In this document: positions 26,030 to 32,000 of the stretch, one piece after another | Layout of the letters: each line of letters begins with the position of its first letter | Position numbering within the stretch: position 1 is the stretch's first letter | Assembly: GCF_000007225.1 (NCBI RefSeq) | Contig: NC_003364.1 | Coordinates: 1,620,001-1,652,000 of the forward strand | Direction of reading: 5' to 3' | From: Pyrobaculum aerophilum str. IM2 | GTDB lineage: Archaea; Thermoproteota; Thermoprotei; Thermoproteales; Thermoproteaceae | DNA length: 32,000 bases | The notes under the pieces: generated by a model | Databases searched by the model: none | What the model saw: only the letters and a program-made list of their open reading frames with translations | Told to the model about the DNA's origin: nothing | Made by a program: the position numbers and the translations under genes

Positions 26030-26895
26030 TTAGGAAGTATTTCGTCGTCCCCATCACGCTTATTGACATGGTGAAAATGGGCACTATTTCTTCAGACGCC
26101 GTGGCTTACCTCTGGCTTATGCTTGACTACGGCCGTAATATAGTTATTGTGGGGCCGACCGGCGCTGGGAAGACCACTCTCCTCAACGCCCTTCTCTACT
26201 TGGTGAGGCTTGAGGCGAAGATTCTCACCATAGAGGACACCAGGGAGATAAATATTGTCCACGAGCACTGGCAGGCCCTGGTCACTAGGCCCAGCCGCTC
26301 CGAGGGGGTTAGGGATGTCTCCGCCTTTGATCTCCTGGCCGTTGCCATGCGCTCCCGCCCGGACTACGTAGTGGTGGGCGAGGTGAGGGGGGAGGAGGCA
26401 TACGTCTTGTTCCAGGCCTTTGGCTCGGGCCACTCCGGCGCCACAACCATACACGCGGAGACTATTGAAGACGCCATCAGGCGGCTTCTCACAAGGCCTA
26501 TGAACGTCCCGCCCATGTTAGTTGGCCTCGCCCACATATTCATCCGAATAATGAGAGTAAAAGTGGGCAACCAGATCGTCCGCAGAGTGGTGGAGATAGC
26601 GGAGAACATGGGAGTGTCCAGAGGGGGGAGGCCGAGGCTACACTACGTCTATAGGTGGAACCCAGAGCGGGACATGATGGAGCAATTGGAGGAGAGCAGA
26701 CATCTGGAGACTATTTCAAGAACTAGGTTTGTGCCCCTCGACCAGCTGAAGCGCGAGCTGGAGAGGAGGAGAGAGTTGATTTCCCTAATGGTGGAGAGGG
26801 GCTTCTCCACTCCCTACGTCGTTGCCAAGATCTTCACTATGTACCACCTAGACCCAGACAGAGCCATCGAGGCGGTGAGGACGGGGAAGATATGA
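26026..26895 (+). CDS. FlaI/VirB11/GspE-type secretion ATPase, C-terminal ATPase domain only (N-terminal domain missing)
   Basis: IRKY..PITLIDMVKMGT, Walker A GPTGAGKTTLLNAL, IEDTREI, Walker B DYVVVGEVRGEEA and a His box GHSGATTIHAE. Walker A sits at residue ~44, whereas from memory it lies much further into full-length FlaI-type ATPases. Confidence 0.75.
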   Translation: MIRKYFVVPITLIDMVKMGTISSDAVAYLWLMLDYGRNIVIVGPTGAGKTTLLNALLYLVRLEAKILTIEDTREINIVHEHWQALVTRPSRSEGVRDVSAFDLLAVAMRSRPDYVVVGEVRGEEAYVLFQAFGSGHSGATTIHAETIEDAIRRLLTRPMNVPPMLVGLAHIFIRIMRVKVGNQIVRRVVEIAENMGVSRGGRPRLHYVYRWNPERDMMEQLEESRHLETISRTRFVPLDQLKRELERRRELISLMVERGFSTPYVVAKIFTMYHLDPDRAIEAVRTGKI

Positions 26896-27677
26896 ATTTG
26901 CTATACGAGCTCTATAGACAAAGCGGCCTTGCCTACTCTTATAGGCGCTATGTTACTGCCCTTGCCGCCGTCCCAGCGGGCACAGCGGCATCCGCCGGGG
27001 CTGTCGCCGCGTTGCTCCTCGGGCCGGTTGGAGGGCTTGCCCTGGGGTTAATGGCGGGCCTGCTGGCCTTCGCCGGGCTTCTCCTATACCCCGTCCACCT
27101 AGTCTCGGCGAGGAGGAGCCATTTTGAAAATAACTTTGTCTACACCCTCGGCGTGTTGCTCCCCCTTCTAGCCGCGGGGGTTCCGCTGGGTAGGGCCGTG
27201 ACAAGACTGGCGGAGGTTGAGGAGGATAAATATATCGCAAGAGAGCTCGCCCTCGCGGCTAGGGAGATGATTGTAATGGGGGCCAGCCAAGAGGAGGCCC
27301 TGGCCCACAGCGCAGAGAGAGTGCCCAGCGTGACGTATAGAGAGACTGTGGAAGTGCTGATTAGATCTGCTAAAATAACGCAGAGAGTTGACGCAGTGTT
27401 GCTGGCGCGCCTCGACTGGCTGTTGAGGAATAAACAAGTCAGGGCCCAGTCCTTAATCAGGTCGCTGTCTCTAATGTTTGAAATCTTCGTGGTGGCGGCG
27501 ATGCTCCTGCCCCTTATGGTTTACATTGTGGCGCTGTCCTTCAGCCCCCTCGGCGCGTTAGAAGTAGGCGGCCTTGCCTTGGATCCCCTAACTCTCATGT
27601 TGTTACTGGGAGTTGTATATACGCCTATAGTTGGCACTGTATTCTATATAATATTCGATTCAATGGTGCAAATATAA
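26892..27677 (+). CDS. FlaJ/TadC-like (T2SS-F-type) membrane platform protein, single domain
   Basis: 4-nt overlap with the ATPase gene. N- and C-terminal TM helices flank a cytoplasmic helical domain (GVPLGRAVTRLAE...GASQEEALAHSAERVPS). Confidence 0.5.
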   Translation: MNLLYELYRQSGLAYSYRRYVTALAAVPAGTAASAGAVAALLLGPVGGLALGLMAGLLAFAGLLLYPVHLVSARRSHFENNFVYTLGVLLPLLAAGVPLGRAVTRLAEVEEDKYIARELALAAREMIVMGASQEEALAHSAERVPSVTYRETVEVLIRSAKITQRVDAVLLARLDWLLRNKQVRAQSLIRSLSLMFEIFVVAAMLLPLMVYIVALSFSPLGALEVGGLALDPLTLMLLLGVVYTPIVGTVFYIIFDSMVQI

Positions 27678-27742
27678 AAGAATCTATTACAATCTGTGTC
27701 TACACAGTAAAATATTTAAGTAATTTCATTAGACGGCTTCAC

Positions 27743-28030
27743 ATGTGTTTAACCAGCGATTCTGTATTGAAGTTCTATGAAGAGATTGACGCGCCGCTTA
27801 AGTTATTAATCCACTACAGACTAAAGGCGAAGTTTGGGAAGACTTTTCAGGAAATTGTCTCCGAGGATCCTCATAATGTATATAAAGCGTTATCTAAGGC
27901 GTTGGGCGTGCACAACGCAGAACTATTTCTCCATATGCTATACAACTGGCTATTGAAGAAGAACTGCGCTACGGAGTTAAAATACGTCGAGATGTTCCTT
28001 GGGAAAATCTCAGCGGTGGGGACGTCATGA
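27743..28030 (+). CDS. Small hypothetical protein (95 aa), paralog of 28564-minus
   Basis: MCLTSDSVLKFYEEIDAPLKLLI...GKTFQEIVSEDP...HNAELFLHML aligns with the convergent ORF. A TAAAATATTTAAG element lies about 27 nt upstream. Its stop overlaps the ATG of the ATPase remnant (ATGA). Confidence 0.55.
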   Translation: MCLTSDSVLKFYEEIDAPLKLLIHYRLKAKFGKTFQEIVSEDPHNVYKALSKALGVHNAELFLHMLYNWLLKKNCATELKYVEMFLGKISAVGTS

Positions 28031-28199
28031 AGTTGCGGGGAGTTACGTTAATATACGGGCCGCCCGGCGCTGGGAATACGCGTGGTATGCGCTGAACTAC
28101 GAGAAGGTGTTTTGGGCCTCTGCATTTGAGGATGAGGAGACGTTTAGAAATAACATGTCCGCGCTTGGGTATAACTTTGGGAATAAGTTGGTGTTCTGA
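28027..28199 (+). pseudogene. Remnant of a KaiC/RecA-superfamily P-loop ATPase (frameshifted and truncated)
   Basis: MKLRGVTLIYGPPGAGNTRGMR* (Walker A with K changed to N). A second frame then reads AWYALNYEKVFWASAFEDEETFRNNMSALGYNFGNKLVF*, and nothing follows. Confidence 0.55.
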
Positions 28200-28564
28200 G
28201 AGGCGCCTCTTGCCGACGTGTCGACGTTTTTCACAACATTAGTCGAGGCGGTTTTAAAAGACAAGCCGGGAGTTAGGCGGAACTCCCCTGTTAATCCATA
28301 TTTTTTTATTGCCCGGTCTATCTCCTCGGGGGTGGCGTTACACCCCATAGCTAATAGTTGCTGTTGAAATATAAGGAGCAGGAGGTGGTAGTTATGCCTA
28401 CCTGCAAATTCGGCGAAGGCTTTTAGAGCCTGCCCCGGCTCCGTGTCTATTATTTTGTCTAGCGGCTTGCCCATTGTCCTCAACGCGGCGGCGTTTATTA
28501 AAACTCTCAGCGTTGGGCTCAGCTGTTTAATCAACTCCGCTAGTGTTTTCTTGTCGAGGCACAC
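28097..28564 (-). CDS. Small hypothetical protein, paralog of 27743-28030; the C-terminal ~60 aa are probably read-through into remnant DNA
   Basis: MCLDKKTLAELIKQLSPTLRVLI...GKPLDKIIDTEP...HNYHLLLLIF aligns with the 95-aa paralog over its first ~90 aa. The tail is antisense to the ATPase remnant. Confidence 0.5.
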   Translation of the reverse strand: MCLDKKTLAELIKQLSPTLRVLINAAALRTMGKPLDKIIDTEPGQALKAFAEFAGRHNYHLLLLIFQQQLLAMGCNATPEEIDRAIKKYGLTGEFRLTPGLSFKTASTNVVKNVDTSARGASQNTNLFPKLYPSADMLFLNVSSSSNAEAQNTFS

Positions 28565-28619
28565 AGCCCCGAAAAGACACCTATATATAAATATATATGT
28601 GGCTGTTTATAAGCCGTGT

Positions 28620-29045
28620 GTGAACATCTCCGTGGACAGTAAAGAGTATGAGAGGTGTATCACCATGGCAGAGAGGACTTTATCCTCCGCCCGCCTCGAC
28701 GCGTCGCATGGGGAGTATAACTGGGCTTGTTTTAAAGCCCATCAAGCCGCTGAATTTGCCTTAAAAGCCCTATTATATGGCGTCGGCAGGCCGGCTAGGG
28801 GGCACTCCCTTACTCACTTGTTGGGGGAAGTGGCTAAATTCGCGACAGTAAGCGAAGAGGTGGCCGAGCTGTGTAGATTGCTGGACAAGTTCTACGTGCC
28901 GACGCGCTGCGTAGACGCGTGGAGTGAGGGGATCCCCTACGAGTATTTCTCTAAATCAGACGCCGAAACGGCCATAAAGGCGGCGGAGGGGGTATTGGAG
29001 TTTGTGAGGGGGGTATGGATGTCCTTAAGTGGCGGGAGGGGCTGA
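28620..29045 (+). CDS. HEPN domain protein (classical HEPN family)
   Basis: GEYNWACFKAHQAAEFALKALLYGVGRPARGHSLTHLL contains R-x4-H (RPARGH). I prefer the GTG 28620 start, about 30 nt after the TATATATAAATATATAT element; the alternative is ATG 28665. Confidence 0.78.
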   Translation: MNISVDSKEYERCITMAERTLSSARLDASHGEYNWACFKAHQAAEFALKALLYGVGRPARGHSLTHLLGEVAKFATVSEEVAELCRLLDKFYVPTRCVDAWSEGIPYEYFSKSDAETAIKAAEGVLEFVRGVWMSLSGGRG

Positions 29046-29386
29046 GGCGCAGGGCGTACGAGCTGGCCCGCCTCGTCGCGTCGTCTGTAAGCGGCACTGT
29101 GTTTCTCGTCGGCTCATACGCGCGTGGGGATTTCGCAGAGGACAGCGACATAGACGTCTTGGTGGTAGGCCGCTTCTCAGAGCCTCCTCACAAGAGGCTT
29201 CTCGACTTGAGGACTCCCCCCGGCGTTGAGGTAATTGCCTTGACCCTGGAGGAGGCGTTTAAGGCTGTGGAGAGGTGCTACCCAATTGCCCGCGACGTTG
29301 CCCTCGGCGTAGTGTTGCGAGACGACTTGGGAATTGCCGAGCGCCTTATTTCAACGGCCGCGAGGTGCGTCAGCCGGTCTCAATAA
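29015..29386 (+). CDS. Minimal nucleotidyltransferase (MNT) partner of the HEPN protein
   Basis: VFLVGSYARGDFAEDSDIDVLVV is the canonical GS-x9-11-DxD motif. It overlaps the HEPN gene by 31 nt. Confidence 0.85.
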   Translation: MDVLKWREGLRRRAYELARLVASSVSGTVFLVGSYARGDFAEDSDIDVLVVGRFSEPPHKRLLDLRTPPGVEVIALTLEEAFKAVERCYPIARDVALGVVLRDDLGIAERLISTAARCVSRSQ

Positions 29387-30035
29387 TCTTCCCATCTCTC
29401 ATTTTGGCGTATCTGTCGCAGTAAGTCAAGAGCTCTAAGTTGTGCGTTACCATTACAATTGTTATCCCCAGCTCTTTTTTCAACGTGAGGAAGGTGTCCA
29501 TGACCACTTTCGCCGTGGCGCTGTCTAAATTGCCCGTGGGCTCGTCGGCTAGCAATATGCGCGGCCTCGTGACTATGGCCCTGGCGATGGCCACTCTCTG
29601 TTGCTCGCCACCCGAAAGCTGAGTGGGCTTTTTCTTGGGATCCACGTGGCCCATCCCCACCAGCCTCAAGGCCTCAAGCGCCATCTCCCTCCTCTTTTCC
29701 TTGGGAACTCCTCTGAGAATTAGGGGCAACTCCACGTTTTCTAAAATAGACATGCGGGGTATGAGGTAGAATAATTGAAATACGAAGCCGATGTTCTTAT
29801 TGCGAAACTCGGCCAGCTGGTCGTCGTTTAAATCATTTAGCCTAGTGCCCGCCACTACCACCTCGCCCTCTGTGGGCTTGTCAACGCCCCCAACGATGTG
29901 GAGGAGAGTGGACTTGCCCGACCCGGAAGGCCCTATTAAACACTGGAAAACTCCCCTAGGCACCTCGAGGGTAACCCCCCTCAGCGCGGGATACTGGCCG
30001 TAGTACTTAACGACGTCTTTTACGACGATTTCCAC
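29370..30035 (-). CDS. ABC transporter ATP-binding protein (MacB/LolD-like subfamily)
   Basis: Walker A GPSGSGKSTLL, Q-loop, signature LSGGEQQRVAIARA, Walker B ILLADEPTGNLD and an H-loop VTHN. Confidence 0.9.
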   Translation of the reverse strand: MEIVVKDVVKYYGQYPALRGVTLEVPRGVFQCLIGPSGSGKSTLLHIVGGVDKPTEGEVVVAGTRLNDLNDDQLAEFRNKNIGFVFQLFYLIPRMSILENVELPLILRGVPKEKRREMALEALRLVGMGHVDPKKKPTQLSGGEQQRVAIARAIVTRPRILLADEPTGNLDSATAKVVMDTFLTLKKELGITIVMVTHNLELLTYCDRYAKMRDGKIIETG

Positions 30036-30117
30036 TAGCTCCTACGGCTCTGAATTAAAAAAGTTAACTCACTAAAAGTAAGGGGACAAGGTTATAAATT
30101 AACAACTGCCTTAACTT

Positions 30118-30768
30118 GTGAGTGTTGTCGACATAATTACGGCGTTTCTGCAACAAATGCCCGCCGTAGCGGTGGCCGTCGTACTTCTCTACGCCCTCCT
30201 TGATAGGAAACTAACGGCGCTAGAGCGGAGAATGGAGAAGGAGGTGGGCGAGCTGAGGGCAAAAACGTCTGAGCTCGCCGAAGAGGTAGTAGCCCAGAAA
30301 AAGGAGGTGGGGGAAAGGCTTGAAAGACTTGACAAAGGGATAGAAGAGCTGAGAGCGAAAATGGGGGAAGTTGACAAAAGGCTGTACGACCTCTCTAAAT
30401 TTATATTTTTATTTAATAAGTCTTTAATAGAAATTCACCATACTAGAGATATTGTAAGTGAATATGCCTTTATAACTCTTTCGAATCTTGTACAGATAAT
30501 ACCGCCGACAAAATCTAAATACTATACGGAAGAGGTCCGCGAGGAGCTTAAATCGCTTTTAAACAGAGTAAAGACCGGCCATTTCGATTGGAGAGATATT
30601 GCGAGATTAAAAGAGCTTGGGAAAGTAATTTACAAGGAGTGGTGGGAAACAGGTAGGGAGGACTTAATAAATTACTATTACCACCTCCAGCTGTATATCT
30701 GGCTGTTAGAGGCTAAGCTGCTGAGAGAGGGGAAAATGCCGCCTTCGCCAGAAGTTATATGGAGTTGA
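30118..30768 (+). CDS. TM-anchored coiled-coil protein with a conserved C-terminal KYYTEEVR/ETGREDL domain (multi-copy family, function unknown)
   Basis: N-terminal helix MPAVAVAVVLLYALLDRKL, about 70 aa of heptad-like E/K/L-rich sequence, then a C-terminal domain shared with the pseudogene at 6952-7705. GTG start lies about 22 nt after GTTATAAATTAAC. Confidence 0.7.
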   Translation: MSVVDIITAFLQQMPAVAVAVVLLYALLDRKLTALERRMEKEVGELRAKTSELAEEVVAQKKEVGERLERLDKGIEELRAKMGEVDKRLYDLSKFIFLFNKSLIEIHHTRDIVSEYAFITLSNLVQIIPPTKSKYYTEEVREELKSLLNRVKTGHFDWRDIARLKELGKVIYKEWWETGREDLINYYYHLQLYIWLLEAKLLREGKMPPSPEVIWS

Positions 30769-30863
30769 GCAGGAAACCCTATATGTTGTGCAAGGGGGAC
30801 CGACTGCGGTTGCCTCACGGGGCCCCTCCGGGGCTCTCAGCCGCCATGATTAATGGGAGGGGG

Positions 30864-31511
30864 TTATTTAAGCCTTTTCTTGGGGTATTTAATTAGCAGT
30901 TTGGCGTTGCGGAGAGGGGCTGGGATCCCTCCACTGGGCGGCTCGAAGCCTAACGCCTTGCTCAACAAGTCGCCTAGCCATTGGTATTCCCAGCAAGTAA
31001 TGACGTATCTCTTCAGGGGAACTGGGGGTTCTGCGAGACAACTCACCACGGCCTCCACGCCGTATCTCGCTGAGATCTCTTCTGGATCTCCGCTTTCAAT
31101 GGCCACAAAGTGGCGCTTAGGCGTTACGTAACTGTCTAATTTGTTAATTATGAGCTCCGGACCTGTGATTACCACGTTTTTCTGAAGCCTTAGCCCAAAT
31201 ACGCAAGGCCCTGAGAACACCATGAGGGGATCCTCTGGGACGTAGGCGGCTAGCTCTTCCTCTAGGGCAATTATAGGCGCAGAGACCGCCTCAAGCGCCT
31301 CCACTATCTCTGGGGTTAGGCGAGCTGGCAGTCCTTTATAGTAGGGGAGGATGAAGTGATCTATTATGTACGCCGCAGCTTCTTCTAAACCAGTGCACTT
31401 AGGCGTTGCCGTAGGAGGCGGTAGCCCTAGTTTTTTAAAGAAATCCGGCCTCTCCCACTTTCTATACGCTTGGGAGCAGAGGGCGCCCCGGACTAGCGTT
31501 TCGCATATCAT
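30864..31511 (-). CDS. Hypothetical protein (215 aa) translationally coupled to the small GTPase
   Basis: Its start ATG overlaps the GTPase stop (ATGA, 31508-31511). No recognisable motif. Confidence 0.6.
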   Translation of the reverse strand: MICETLVRGALCSQAYRKWERPDFFKKLGLPPPTATPKCTGLEEAAAYIIDHFILPYYKGLPARLTPEIVEALEAVSAPIIALEEELAAYVPEDPLMVFSGPCVFGLRLQKNVVITGPELIINKLDSYVTPKRHFVAIESGDPEEISARYGVEAVVSCLAEPPVPLKRYVITCWEYQWLGDLLSKALGFEPPSGGIPAPLRNAKLLIKYPKKRLK

Positions 31512-31978
31512 GGCAACAGCTCCATTAACCTCTCTAACGGGTCGTAAATTGCAGATATTTTAACATATCGCTGCGCGTTGAGTTTAGACAAATCTGGCTT
31601 GTGTTCTACGCCGAGTCTAGCGGCGAGATCCCTCTTGTTCCCCACAACCCATATCTCCGCGGCAGAGAGGCATTTATGATAGAGGCATAGCTTCTCAGCT
31701 ATTTCATACAAGGCGTAGAGAGTATCCGCCCTCGTCAAGTCGTAAACCAGTAGGGCCCTATCGAAAAATATGTGGATTATCCGGGACACCGTATCGACGA
31801 TGTCATTCACGTATTGGCCGGGGACGTCTAGAATATAATACCACTCCCCCTTGGCGAACACCCTGTATATGCCAGGCCTTTTCGTGGGGGCTGGGGGGTT
31901 TACGATGCCGGCCAGTCTGTACACTAGCGTGGTCTTTCCCACTCCCCCTATGCCTAGAAGTATTACATATTTCCGCAT
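31508..31978 (-). CDS. Ras-superfamily small GTPase
   Basis: G1 GIGGVGKTT, G3 DVPGQ, G4 GNKRD and G5 KISAI in the correct order and spacing within a 156-aa protein. Confidence 0.8.
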   Translation of the reverse strand: MRKYVILLGIGGVGKTTLVYRLAGIVNPPAPTKRPGIYRVFAKGEWYYILDVPGQYVNDIVDTVSRIIHIFFDRALLVYDLTRADTLYALYEIAEKLCLYHKCLSAAEIWVVGNKRDLAARLGVEHKPDLSKLNAQRYVKISAIYDPLERLMELLP

Positions 31979-32000
31979 TTTATGGAGGGGCCGTGATCAC

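Overview
The window looks like chromosome from a hyperthermophilic crenarchaeon of the Thermoproteales type (Pyrobaculum/Thermoproteus-like). This is an inference from three things: the high-GC coding sequence, AT-rich TATA-like elements about 25 nt upstream of many start codons (leaderless-style), and the gene content. No rRNA, tRNA or CRISPR array was recognised. Layout: (i) 1-10.9 kb holds core redox, sulfur and central-metabolism genes: an SBP56 selenium-binding protein, Bcp peroxiredoxin, rhodanese, a Rieske protein, a two-subunit 2-oxoacid:ferredoxin oxidoreductase, a DsrE-like protein, a class II fumarase-family lyase and thioredoxin reductase. These are interrupted by a decayed copy of a coiled-coil gene family and by two long non-coding gaps. 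(ii) 10.9-14.2 kb is a visibly AT-richer island of small Cys/Met/Trp-rich membrane and extracytoplasmic proteins: YHS/TRASH, PepSY, a membrane-bound wHTH, an 80-aa CPMC protein, DUF411/CopG and a Trx-CcdA fusion. A VapBC pair, a CopA P-type ATPase and a HEPN(DUF86)-nucleotidyltransferase pair follow. I rank this island as the best candidate for an undescribed system (extracytoplasmic copper / thiol-redox handling). (iii) 19.3-22.8 kb holds membrane transporters. (iv) 22.9-32 kb is a decayed accessory region. It contains a TnpB pseudogene, minimal nucleotidyltransferases, a TrpE fragment abutting a 5'-truncated FlaI/VirB11-type ATPase with its platform protein, and tail-to-tail small paralogs around a KaiC-like ATPase remnant. 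It also contains a second HEPN-NT pair, an orphan ABC ATPase, the intact coiled-coil paralog, and a Ras-like small GTPase coupled to an unknown 215-aa protein. All family assignments come from motif recognition by eye; no database search was run.
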